Source: a virus (lineage: Duplodnaviria; Caudoviricetes). Taken from it: a stretch of DNA of 64,000 nt. The DNA lies in the IMG/VR virus record IMGVR_UViG_3300028832_000127, positions 12,470-76,469 of that record; one strand, 5' to 3'. The notes under the pieces are model-generated. The model was not told the DNA's origin. It saw nothing but the letters and a program-made list of their open reading frames with translations, and did no database searches. A program made the translations under genes and the position numbers. Position 1 is the first letter of the stretch. The number at the start of each line of letters is the position of its first letter. This document shows positions 55,705-64,000 of this stretch, in pieces.

Positions 55705-56132
55705 GCCACGTCCATTGTGCCGAATACCTTTATGAGCATTTCCGTTATGTCCTGCGGCGTGAGCGTCTCCTTTATCACCCTTGCCAACTTGTCGAGGCGG
55801 TGCGACCGGCACACCGTGAACCCAAAAACCTTGTATTCCTTTCTTGCCGCCTTTGCGCCGAGGACAATCATCGCCAAGATGCGCTCCATGCCGTCGTAAT
55901 GTCGCGCCACCCTCAGCACCTCGGACACGGGATCGTCGGGGGTCTCGTCGTACTCCACGTCCTTGTATTCCGCAATCATCGCCGACACCTCAATTATCGT
56001 CGCCAACGTCGGGCGCGGAACTTGGTATGTCTTTTTGCCTATCCTTACTTCTATCGGCTTTTGCAGTATAGCGTCCGCCGTTCTCTCCTCAACGTTTTGA
56101 GAGGTATTTTGAGCCTTTTTGTTGTCTTCCAT
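55608..56132 (-). CDS. tail assembly chaperone (G-like)
   Basis: TADAILQKP..Y.VPRPTLATIIEVS; directly after the tail tube gene. Confidence 0.75.
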   Translation of the reverse strand: MEDNKKAQNTSQNVEERTADAILQKPIEVRIGKKTYQVPRPTLATIIEVSAMIAEYKDVEYDETPDDPVSEVLRVARHYDGMERILAMIVLGAKAARKEYKVFGFTVCRSHRLDKLARVIKETLTPQDITEMLIKVFGTMDVAFFLVSITSLHRVNHLKATKGTTASGRQPQAS

Positions 56133-56236
56133 TATAATTATCGTTTTTGTGTTTTGATGCCCTGAATTATAAAAAGAGGGCGGGTTTCACGCCGCCCCCT
56201 CGGTGAGTTGATAGTTGGATGGTTGATGGTATTCTT

Positions 56237-56971
56237 TTAGTCGCCGCTCTGTGCCGTTCCCGCCGCCTGCAAAACCTTGAACGAGCCGCTCTTGCCGCTT
56301 GTCGTGGTGAGCGTTACGACAGCCTCGCGCTTGCTTGTGGTGGCGTTTGCCGTAACGGTAACGGTAACGGTCTTGCCGTCGCTGCCTACCTCCGCAGTCG
56401 CCCACGTCTCGGAAGATGAGGCTGAGAGGGTGTCGGACGCTCCGACCTCAGCGACAACAGTCTGTCCCGTGGTGTCCGCTGTGTTGGCAAAGGCAAGGTA
56501 GTTCTTGTCGGTGTTGATGTTGGACGCTGCGACAAACGCATCCATAATCTCGACGCGACCCTTTCCTACAAGTCCGTTGAAGGTGTAACGCCAAATCATG
56601 CCGTCTGCGACGGTGTGGCTCTCCACGCACGATACTGAGCATTTCCACAGCACGAAGCCGTAGGTCTCGGGGTCTTCGGGGGTGAGCCTGATGGCGTAGT
56701 TCTTGGAGATAACGCCGTTAACGTCCGCAATGGGTTTCTGAAATCCTTTCTTTGCGTAAAGGTCGAATGTCAGGGAATACTTGCTTGCCTTGCGGTAACT
56801 GTCCACAAGACCGCCGCCCTCCTCCAAATACTCGGTGTTGTCGCCCTCTTGGGTCTCCATGCTTGTCGTGCCGTCTTTCGGGGTGTCAATCTTGACCCAC
56901 GGGGACATGTTGTCGTCCGCGTCAAGTTCGGCAATCTCGATAATCGGCTTTCCGTATGATAATACTGCCAT
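56237..56971 (-). CDS. major tail tube protein with C-terminal BACON/Ig-like domain
   Basis: LSYGKPIIE..TPKDGTTSM..EEGG..VD; ETWAT..VTVTANAT..REAVVTL. Confidence 0.85.
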   Translation of the reverse strand: MAVLSYGKPIIEIAELDADDNMSPWVKIDTPKDGTTSMETQEGDNTEYLEEGGGLVDSYRKASKYSLTFDLYAKKGFQKPIADVNGVISKNYAIRLTPEDPETYGFVLWKCSVSCVESHTVADGMIWRYTFNGLVGKGRVEIMDAFVAASNINTDKNYLAFANTADTTGQTVVAEVGASDTLSASSSETWATAEVGSDGKTVTVTVTANATTSKREAVVTLTTTSGKSGSFKVLQAAGTAQSGD

Positions 56972-56983
56972 TTTCTTTGAATT

Positions 56984-57403
56984 TTAGGTTGTTAGATAAT
57001 CAAACTTTATTTTGACGGAAACAAAGAACTCCTCGGTGTCAGGCTCGGCGTAGTTGCCGACGGCATCAAAAAGCCGTATTCCGTTGTATTCGGGCAGGAG
57101 CGCAAGGAGTTCTTCGGGGAGGCGGTCAACAAGCCGCTCTATGGCTGCGATGCGCCGCTTGTCGGGAACTATCCAGCCGTCAGAATGTTTCGCCTGCGGT
57201 TGCAGATAGACCATCACAGACACCGTCCCCTCCTGCATTTGCTTCGCCGACAACGAGGCGACCTTGATAATGACATCTTCCTTTTTCGAGCCTTTCGGAC
57301 GTATGCCGTACTTATAGACATCACCGTTGACTTCGTGCGCCAATTCGGTCTTTTTGACCGCGTTGTAAAAGTCCTGTTCTATGTCGCTCCACGTCTTCCT
57401 CAT
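56984..57403 (-). CDS. tail terminator
   Basis: MRKT..IEQDFY..VNGDVYK..RP..SKKEDVII. Confidence 0.7.
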   Translation of the reverse strand: MRKTWSDIEQDFYNAVKKTELAHEVNGDVYKYGIRPKGSKKEDVIIKVASLSAKQMQEGTVSVMVYLQPQAKHSDGWIVPDKRRIAAIERLVDRLPEELLALLPEYNGIRLFDAVGNYAEPDTEEFFVSVKIKFDYLTT

Positions 57404-57831
57404 TGTGCATTTATTTTGTCGCAAAACTCCTTGAATTGCCTTTCTGCGTTGATTACCGCGCTGTCGAGTACGTCGTACCCCCTGACATGCACGTCCATCG
57501 CATATTCCGCGCCCGCCACTATGATTAAGGCGAACCCCTCGCCGTACTTGCCGACCTGCGCCATTGCGCACTGCCGACCCTCCGCGCTGATGAAGTCCTC
57601 CGCCACGGGCTGTCCGTCCGCCGTGACGAGGAAGCCGATGCTGTTGTGCAGCCGCCCCGTCCTGTTCTTGTACGTCCCCCCCTTGTCGGGCAGACTTCGC
57701 GCTATCTCCACGCTCTCCTTTCCTATCTCGGCAAGGCGCGTGATTACGATGTTTCGCATCTTCTCCCTGCAAGCCGCCTTTAAAGCGTCAACCGATGCCT
57801 TTGACGGTGGAATGAGCTGCGCCTTTATCAT
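57400..57831 (-). CDS. tail completion/neck protein (HK97 gp10-like)
   Basis: YKNRTGRLHNSIGF..LIIVAGAEYA..V..RGYDVL. Confidence 0.8.
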   Translation of the reverse strand: MIKAQLIPPSKASVDALKAACREKMRNIVITRLAEIGKESVEIARSLPDKGGTYKNRTGRLHNSIGFLVTADGQPVAEDFISAEGRQCAMAQVGKYGEGFALIIVAGAEYAMDVHVRGYDVLDSAVINAERQFKEFCDKINAQ

Positions 57832-58142
57832 ACCGTAATCCTTGTTTGGTTTACGATTGGCGACACCTGCCGCGTCCTCACGGAAAACTCGCCCAAGAGT
57901 GCCTTCGCCTTGTCGTACAGCCTGACGCGCTCGGACACGGCGTCCATACGCCTGAAATACACCGTGTACGTCGGCTTTTCATAGCGTATTCCGCTCTCCG
58001 TCTTGTAAGCGTCGGTGTTGCGGTTGCCCTCGATGCAGGCGGGAATGTAGTCAGACCACTGACCGCCGCCGCTTATGGGGTTGCCGTCCTCGTCTATGAG
58101 CGTCTGCGCCGTCAGGTATTGTATGTAGCCGTTTTCTATCAT
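57828..58142 (-). CDS. head closure protein
   Basis: MIENGYIQY..DEDGNPI..WSDYIPA..LGEFSV. Confidence 0.7.
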   Translation of the reverse strand: MIENGYIQYLTAQTLIDEDGNPISGGGQWSDYIPACIEGNRNTDAYKTESGIRYEKPTYTVYFRRMDAVSERVRLYDKAKALLGEFSVRTRQVSPIVNQTRITV

Positions 58143-58211
58143 TTCAGGGTGGATTGCTTTAAAAGACAGCCGCAAAACCGAAGTCTTACGGCTGTCAGAT
58201 AAAAACTGCTG

Positions 58212-58454
58212 CTATTCCTTGCTGCGCTTGCGCTTGTTGGGTATCGTGTCGTCTGTGGGGGTCAGCATTTCCAAGTCTGGGGTCGCAGCCGCCTTTTCAG
58301 GCTCTTTGACCGCCCCCTTTTCGCCTTCCGCGAGCCCGTATTCGACAAGCCTCGCCGCCCTCTCGTCATCGACCTCGATTACGTCGCCGACGCTGTAAGC
58401 CTTGGAGAAGTCGTTGATGTCGCGGAATGGTGCTTTTACAATTACCTTTTTCAT
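58212..58454 (-). CDS. small head-associated protein
   Basis: VIVKAPFRD..YSVGDVIEV..RAARLVEYGLAE. Confidence 0.65.
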   Translation of the reverse strand: MKKVIVKAPFRDINDFSKAYSVGDVIEVDDERAARLVEYGLAEGEKGAVKEPEKAAATPDLEMLTPTDDTIPNKRKRSKE

Positions 58455-58470
58455 GTTTCACCCCCTTTTT

Positions 58471-59553
58471 TTACTGCTGAACGGTCTGCGAATCCAACAG
58501 GTAGATGCGGTCAACGTTGTTGAGAATCGGCACTGCCATAGCCTGCGATGCGGTGAACTCGCGCCACGGGTCGTTTTCGGCGTACTGGGAAACGAGGATG
58601 AAGTCGTCCACGTCCTGATACAAAACGCCGGGGACACGGCGGGTGCTTTCCACGGTGGTAGTCCACACAAGAGAGCCGATTTTCTTGTCGCATACGAAAG
58701 ATGCAACGCCAGTCGCCCACGATGTCATGTTGGTGCGCACGCCGTTGAGTTCTGTCTTGAACTTGCGGGCTACGCGGTGGAGCGTCACGCCGTACTTCCT
58801 CATAAGCACGTCCGCAGCCTGCTCGAATGAGAGGACGGGAATGTTGGAGCCAGCAAAGCCGAGGTTGAAGGCGTACTGCGTCTTGACTTGGTCGTTTGCG
58901 TAGAACTCTTTGAGCCACGTGTCGTCGGCGTAGATGTCGGTGATTACGTTGCCGTCCGCGTCCGCCTTGTCAAACACCTTCTGTAAGTCGTCAAGTGCCT
59001 TGCCGCTCGAAGTGTTCCACCTTGCGGCGACGCCGAACTTGTGGTCGTTTTGGAAGTTGAGGTCAATCCTCACGCCCGTGCCCGTCGATTTGTCGGCGAG
59101 ACCGATGCCGCTCGACATCTCGGACTGCAAGATAGCCTCGATGCGCTCGTAGATGCTCTCGATGCAGCGGGGAACGTCTTGGAAAAGGTTGTTGAGGATT
59201 ACTTGGGTGTAACGACCGTTGCCGTTCTGCGAGATGAGCGCGTCAATCTTCTTAACTTGGTTTTCGGTCATACACATCTTCAAGCCGAGCTTGGGAATCT
59301 CGCCGTTTACGACCTCGATGCTGTCGCGGCTCTTGATGGGCAGCGAGGAATCGAGGGAGATTACGTCGGCGGTGATGCGGCTGTTTTTTGCCAAGATGCT
59401 CGCCCAGCGTCCGTCAACCGAATAGTCGGGGGTGAGCAAGTCGCGGAAGAGGTATGTGAGTTCGCCCCTCTTGTCGTTCAACTTTTCCGCGACGGAAGTA
59501 ACCAATGTCGGAAAAGTCTTGTTTACGTAGTCAAAATAAAGTGTCTGTTCCAT
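58471..59553 (-). CDS. major capsid protein (HK97 fold, capsid E-like)
   Basis: ADVISLDSSLP.KSR..GEIPKLG..SQAMAVP.L..IYLLD. Confidence 0.88.
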   Translation of the reverse strand: MEQTLYFDYVNKTFPTLVTSVAEKLNDKRGELTYLFRDLLTPDYSVDGRWASILAKNSRITADVISLDSSLPIKSRDSIEVVNGEIPKLGLKMCMTENQVKKIDALISQNGNGRYTQVILNNLFQDVPRCIESIYERIEAILQSEMSSGIGLADKSTGTGVRIDLNFQNDHKFGVAARWNTSSGKALDDLQKVFDKADADGNVITDIYADDTWLKEFYANDQVKTQYAFNLGFAGSNIPVLSFEQAADVLMRKYGVTLHRVARKFKTELNGVRTNMTSWATGVASFVCDKKIGSLVWTTTVESTRRVPGVLYQDVDDFILVSQYAENDPWREFTASQAMAVPILNNVDRIYLLDSQTVQQ

Positions 59554-59555
59554 GG

Positions 59556-59981
59556 TTAAGCCTCCTCGTCAGAAATGAATTGAACATCGGTTAACGCCGC
59601 CTTGATTGCGGAAGTGTACGCGGGAAGTCCTGCCGCCTGAGCAGCCGCCTCGTTGACAACGCCCTGAATGAGGATGCTGCCCTGCGGGTCTGTTCTGGTG
59701 ATTGTGCGGTAAAGGATGCCGCATACTGCGAAGCCCTCGGTGATAGTGCCGTAGGTGTCGGGGTTGGGTGCTGTTCCCGCCGTGATGGGGTGCGGACGGT
59801 AAACGATTGCGCTTGACACCGTTCCCTTGATGATTACCGTACCCGCCTTGATGTTGTCGCCAGTCCAGCCTGTGAAGTCAATCGTCCTGCCGCCCGGAAT
59901 GTCGGAGACGAGCTTCGGGACGATTACGTCGTCCTTGGTGAACACGACCTCGGTCTGTGAAATGGTTAAGTTACGTTTCAT
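59556..59981 (-). CDS. head decoration protein
   Basis: IPGGRTID..IKAGTVII..GILYRTI..GVVNEAA; between scaffold and MCP. Confidence 0.7.
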   Translation of the reverse strand: MKRNLTISQTEVVFTKDDVIVPKLVSDIPGGRTIDFTGWTGDNIKAGTVIIKGTVSSAIVYRPHPITAGTAPNPDTYGTITEGFAVCGILYRTITRTDPQGSILIQGVVNEAAAQAAGLPAYTSAIKAALTDVQFISDEEA

Positions 59982-60003
59982 TTTAGGTGCTGTTTAATTC
60001 GTA

Positions 60004-60984
60004 TTAGAGGTTCTGGACGAGTGCCTCCGCAATCTTGTCCATCTGCGCCTTGACCTCAGTGGAGTTTCCGCCGCCAAGGTTGGGGACGCTGACGCCATCC
60101 TGCGGCAGCATGTTCGCCCTAATGTTGTTTGATACCGTGGTGAGCATGTTTATGATTGCCGCCTCATCTGCGTTGTCTGGGATGTTGAAGCCCTCACTGA
60201 TGCGCCATTTGGGTATCTGCAATTCCTCAGCTTTGCCGAGGATAAAATTTCTGCGGTTCTCCGCCGCCTGTGCCGCCTTGTAGTCCACGTTTTCCTTGAC
60301 GAGTGCCTGCACTTGTTCGGCGAGGCTCTTGTTTGTGGCGAGTATCTCCGCCGTCTGCTGTGCGTTTGCATCCGTGTAGGACTTCATCTGCTTGTTAAAG
60401 TCGTCGATGAGGCTCTTGCGGAAGGCTTCGACATTAAAGGCGTTTTGCTGCGGTGGCTGTGGCTTGTCCTCGGTCTTTTTTTCCGACTTCGGCTCGGTCT
60501 TGGTCTCGGTTTCGGGTGCCTTGCCTGTGATAAAGGCGAGCAGGTCGTTTTTGCGCTTCTCAAAGTCCGCGCTCTGCTGTTCCGCCTTTTTCTGCAACTC
60601 CTCCAACTGCGCTTGCAAGGCTTGTTTCTCTTTGAGTTCCTGCTGCTGTTTGAGCAGTTCGGACTTGGAGAGTTCCTGCTGCTGTTTGAGTTCGTCGATT
60701 TGTTTCTGCAACTCCGCCTGCGTCTCTGCCGCCGTTTTGGTGAGGTTCTCCTTGTCCTTTGCGTTGTTTGCGCTTGCCTTGGAGAGTGCGTCCGCCACCC
60801 TTTTGTCGTTAGAGGTCTGCACTGCGCGGAGACCCGTTTCCTGTGCCTTGACCACCGCGTCGAGGTTTTCGTCTGTTACGAACCCCAAAGATGCGAGGGT
60901 TTCTGCCTGCGCTTGGAGAAGCGCGTCGCCCAACCCAAGCGAGGAATACGCTTGTTTTAAGGCGTTAAAAATTTTGTCCTTCAT
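60004..60984 (-). CDS. capsid scaffolding protein
   Basis: MKDKIFNALK..YSSLGL.., coiled coil, AEELQIP. Confidence 0.75.
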   Translation of the reverse strand: MKDKIFNALKQAYSSLGLGDALLQAQAETLASLGFVTDENLDAVVKAQETGLRAVQTSNDKRVADALSKASANNAKDKENLTKTAAETQAELQKQIDELKQQQELSKSELLKQQQELKEKQALQAQLEELQKKAEQQSADFEKRKNDLLAFITGKAPETETKTEPKSEKKTEDKPQPPQQNAFNVEAFRKSLIDDFNKQMKSYTDANAQQTAEILATNKSLAEQVQALVKENVDYKAAQAAENRRNFILGKAEELQIPKWRISEGFNIPDNADEAAIINMLTTVSNNIRANMLPQDGVSVPNLGGGNSTEVKAQMDKIAEALVQNL

Positions 60985-61229
60985 TGTTCAAAAAAGAATT
61001 GAGTTAATGGTTTTTACAGCCGCAAAATAAAGTGTTAGGAATACACAAAAAAAGTTGTATAAAATTATAATGATGTAATATGTTGATTTTTAGGCGTTTG
61101 CGGCTGTCTTTGTCGGCGTATGTGATAAATAAATAATATATCAGTGGGGTGTGATTAAACAAATAAGGGGCGGCATCCGCCACCCCTGAAACAAACAAAC
61201 TGATTAACAATCAAAATGCAAAAGTTCAA

Positions 61230-62654
61230 CTATTCCTTTGTTTGGCTTTGCGCGGTTGGCTGCGCCTTTGTCGCGAGTTCCTGAGCCTGTTTCTGCGCCG
61301 CCGCGTCCTTTATCGCTTGTATCTCCGTCTCGGGTGTCTTGGTCAGGGCGAGCAACTGCACCGCCGTCTCCAACGTCACCAACCCTGCGGAATAGGCTTG
61401 CAGCACAAAGGATTTCTCGTTTTGGTTGTCCTCGGCGAAAGGCTCGGTGTAGTCAAATTGTATTTGCAACTCCTCAAACGCCTTTTCCAACTCGGGGTGT
61501 TGGTAGCCGAGGATTGCCTTGATGAGGTTCTTGTCGCGGTCGATGAGTTCGGAATAAATCTCCTTGCGGTTGTCCGCTTTCAAAAAGCCGAGTATCATTG
61601 CGTTTTTGATAGCCGCGCCGCTGACAGAGCCGAAACCGCGCATATTTTCAAAGGAGAAATCGGGCGTGAACGTGTCGAAAAGTATTGACTTCTCCAAGTT
61701 TTCCTGCTCCGCACGGCGTGTCTCCGACGACATAGGCGGGTTCACGTAGTCAAATACGGAGTTTGAGCCGTTCAGTTGTATGAGTTTGCCCGTCGTTTCG
61801 GGACTTGCTAACGATTGGATAACGTCGGCGGAAGCCTTAGCCACGGGGTCGGCGAAGTAGTTGTTGGTGTCGCCCATCTTGCTGTCGAGCATTTCCTCAC
61901 GCTCCAAACGAGGCTCCACGCCGTCCCACGCTTTCGGCTGTCGGTAATAGATAACGTTGATGCGCTTTGTGGGGTTCGGACGTGAGGTCACCGTCCATTC
62001 CATTTCGCCCTGCGTACACTCGAAGATGTCGTCCTTGGTCTCTATTTCCCAATGCTGCACGGTCTTGTTGTCCGCGCCCTTGGTCTTATACCCGTATGCG
62101 AAAGACACGAGGTCGCCGTATTGGTTGAACAAGGGGCGGATGTCGTAACCCGTGGAACGAGCCAACACCACCGTTTTCACGCCGATTTTGCCGTTTTCGT
62201 TGTATAAGTGGTACAATTTTGCGCACTCCGTTTCCGCACCCGCCAATCGCTTTATTTGACGCATCTTGGCATCAAAACGGCTGTCCCTGATGAAGTCAAG
62301 GAACAACTTATAGGCATTGTCGTCGCCGTCAAGTTTCGTCCACCTGAGCGGAGAGCCGAAAAGGAAGAACAACTCCACCTCGTTGATGTATTTCTGCCGA
62401 TTGCGCGGCAGTTTCTCGGTGATGTAGGGGCGGTCGTTTTTGCGTGGTTTGTTCCGCCGATACATTACCTTGTGTGTTTGGGGGTTGTATTCCTTGATTG
62501 CGTTGTCCACCTCCTCCTCTCGGTTTTGGAACAGGGAGAGCGCGGCGGACACGTTGCCGTCCTGCAAATATCGGTACAAGTCCCCCTCGATGCCTTGGGC
62601 GTTCAGGGTCTTGGACTTGAATTTGGTTATAATTTCTGAGATATAGTTTAACAT
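61230..62654 (-). CDS. portal protein (SPP1 gp6-like)
   Basis: RQKYINEVELFFLFG, AGAETECAKLY, D.NNYFADP, TPDFSFENM..SG.A. Confidence 0.9.
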   Translation of the reverse strand: MLNYISEIITKFKSKTLNAQGIEGDLYRYLQDGNVSAALSLFQNREEEVDNAIKEYNPQTHKVMYRRNKPRKNDRPYITEKLPRNRQKYINEVELFFLFGSPLRWTKLDGDDNAYKLFLDFIRDSRFDAKMRQIKRLAGAETECAKLYHLYNENGKIGVKTVVLARSTGYDIRPLFNQYGDLVSFAYGYKTKGADNKTVQHWEIETKDDIFECTQGEMEWTVTSRPNPTKRINVIYYRQPKAWDGVEPRLEREEMLDSKMGDTNNYFADPVAKASADVIQSLASPETTGKLIQLNGSNSVFDYVNPPMSSETRRAEQENLEKSILFDTFTPDFSFENMRGFGSVSGAAIKNAMILGFLKADNRKEIYSELIDRDKNLIKAILGYQHPELEKAFEELQIQFDYTEPFAEDNQNEKSFVLQAYSAGLVTLETAVQLLALTKTPETEIQAIKDAAAQKQAQELATKAQPTAQSQTKE

Positions 62655-62735
62655 TTGCGCCTTGTTGGTTGGTTGTTATTTCAGGCGCAAAATAAGGCAT
62701 AAAAGCGACGTTTTAAAAGTCGCAAAGTGCGGAGG

Positions 62736-63032
62736 CTAAAACGCAAATGGTTTCACTTCTCGCCGTTTTTCTATCCAACGAACAACACCCATTTTAATGG
62801 TTTTGGCTGCCTTGGTAACTACGACGAGCCTTACATTGTGAAAGTTGCCTTCTTTTGCCGTTTTTTCGGCATTTTTTAAGGCTGTTACGTTTCGGGTGTT
62901 GTCAAGCCCATCATATTTGCGTTTTTCTCCAAAACCTGTGATTTTAAAGAAAAGCGTATCGCTTATTACTTGGTCTTTGCCCGCAATTTCACTATCACCA
63001 ACAAGATATGCGGTTTTTTGTATTATAGCCAT
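62736..63032 (-). CDS. hypothetical early protein (98 aa)
   Basis: Leftward cluster of cassette D. Confidence 0.65.
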   Translation of the reverse strand: MAIIQKTAYLVGDSEIAGKDQVISDTLFFKITGFGEKRKYDGLDNTRNVTALKNAEKTAKEGNFHNVRLVVVTKAAKTIKMGVVRWIEKRREVKPFAF

Positions 63033-63042
63033 TTTTTTATAT

Positions 63043-63192
63043 TTAAAGATTAAAATACTCTACCCCGTCGGGGGTTGTTACTTTGAGTTTGTCGCCCTCG
63101 ATGCAGGACTTGTACTCGGGCAAATCCCACAAGATGCCGTCGGCAAAATACTCCTTGGCAATTTCTTTTGCTGTGTATGTTTCGTGTATCAT
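63043..63192 (-). CDS. small early protein (49 aa), not in the ORF track
   Basis: MIHETYTAKEIAKEYF..SCIEGDKLKVTTPDG; paralog of 42985-43152. Confidence 0.7.
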   Translation of the reverse strand: MIHETYTAKEIAKEYFADGILWDLPEYKSCIEGDKLKVTTPDGVEYFNL

Positions 63193-63250
63193 TTTTTTAG
63201 ATATTTAGTGGGCGGTTTGATGCTGTCGCGCCGCCCGTGTTGTTACTATG

Positions 63251-63727
63251 TTAGAAATTTGGGTCGATGTATGTGCGGGCGTAACCCAAAGTGCAGTAAA
63301 CGTTGCCATTTGCCGCTGCGTAGCCAACCTCGAAACATACGCCGCATTTGCGCACCGAAAACCATCCCAACGTGTTGCCCGTTGACTTGTCGCTCACCTC
63401 GCACTCGCCCTCGTAGGGGGACGTGTGCTTGTACTCCAACTCCTCAACCCTGAATCGGCTGCCCTTTACCTCGGTAATCACGCCGCCGCGCTTGTCGGAG
63501 TAGTAAACTACCGTCACCTTCTGACCGACAAAGGGGTGGTTCTGTATTTCTTTGAAGGTTGCCTTAAACTCTTTTTTGAGTTCGTCAATCTTGCCATACA
63601 TTGCGCGAGCCTCATCGCCCCTTGCATTGCTTTTGTGGGCAGCTTCGAGCCTTGCCTCAATCTCTCTGTCAAGTGCCTCATACTTAGCTTGGAGGTCTTG
63701 TCCGTTGATTGTTTCGATTGTTGCCAT
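63251..63727 (-). CDS. hypothetical early protein (158 aa)
   Basis: First gene left of cassette D. Confidence 0.75.
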   Translation of the reverse strand: MATIETINGQDLQAKYEALDREIEARLEAAHKSNARGDEARAMYGKIDELKKEFKATFKEIQNHPFVGQKVTVVYYSDKRGGVITEVKGSRFRVEELEYKHTSPYEGECEVSDKSTGNTLGWFSVRKCGVCFEVGYAAANGNVYCTLGYARTYIDPNF

Positions 63728-63736
63728 TTTCTTTGC

Positions 63737-64000
63737 GTTTTAAAGTTAGTTACTTTGTTTGTTGTTTGTACTTATTTAAACGCAAAATTATATAAAATGT
63801 TTCACAAAACACAAACTTTTTTCAAAGTTTTTTCAAAATATTTTTCAAATGCCTAAAAATAAGCAATTTACAAAGATATTTTTTTTGAATATTTTTTTTG
63901 ATTGATTGATATTTTATATAAATCTTACATCTATATATATGAATGTTTCAGGGTGCAAGATTTTCTTTTGTATGCCTGTTTTTCTTTGATTTTAGGCATT
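63737..64000. repeat. promoter cassette copy D (left half, cut by window end)
   Basis: Near-identical to the left halves of A and C. Confidence 0.95.

Noticed and set aside
1-64000. CRISPR array or tRNA genes
   Set aside because: No repeat-spacer array with unique spacers and no cloverleaf with a T-loop GTTCGA pattern were found by eye; a scan could still find atypical ones.
1-64000. Stop-codon reassignment (alternative genetic code)
   Set aside because: Long structural and enzyme ORFs are intact in the standard code, and TAG ends genes at sensible places (for example 8875, 25686, 58212).
63737-64000. Copy D as terminal redundancy or circular overlap with copy A
   Set aside because: The genes left of A (1137-1634) and left of D (63251-63727) are different, and the copies differ at several bases.

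Overview
The window is a 64-kb segment of a temperate tailed phage (siphovirus-like) of a Bacteroidota host. The host inference comes from TAnnTTTG-type promoters upstream of nearly every operon and from gene families typical of Bacteroidales phages. It carries a tyrosine integrase with an adjacent attP-like region, a CI-like switch, an Erf recombinase, a replication initiator with in-gene iterons, SSB, dUTPase, a ThyX-like protein, four DNA methyltransferase genes (one interrupted), an amidase, a holin, and head and tail genes. No terminase or reverse transcriptase is visible, so the genome continues beyond the window. The most unusual features are: (1) four copies of a ~530-bp AT-rich back-to-back promoter cassette with interchangeable leaders, each heading clusters of small early genes, in a genome whose structural genes are scattered; (2) a diversity-generating retroelement (DGR) with A-specific VR/TR differences whose TR is cut off and which has no RT or Avd nearby; (3) a six-gene membrane operon (membrane-anchored amidase plus a DNA-binding-like/TM protein) whose central gene contains a TGTCG array with exact 11-bp periodicity; (4) a methyltransferase split by a 7-nt GGA-TAA-C-GGC interruption directly after its catalytic motif, next to a 14-bp perfect inverted repeat; and (5) a candidate ~140-nt structured RNA behind its own promoter. 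All product calls come from motif recognition by eye; no database searches were run.
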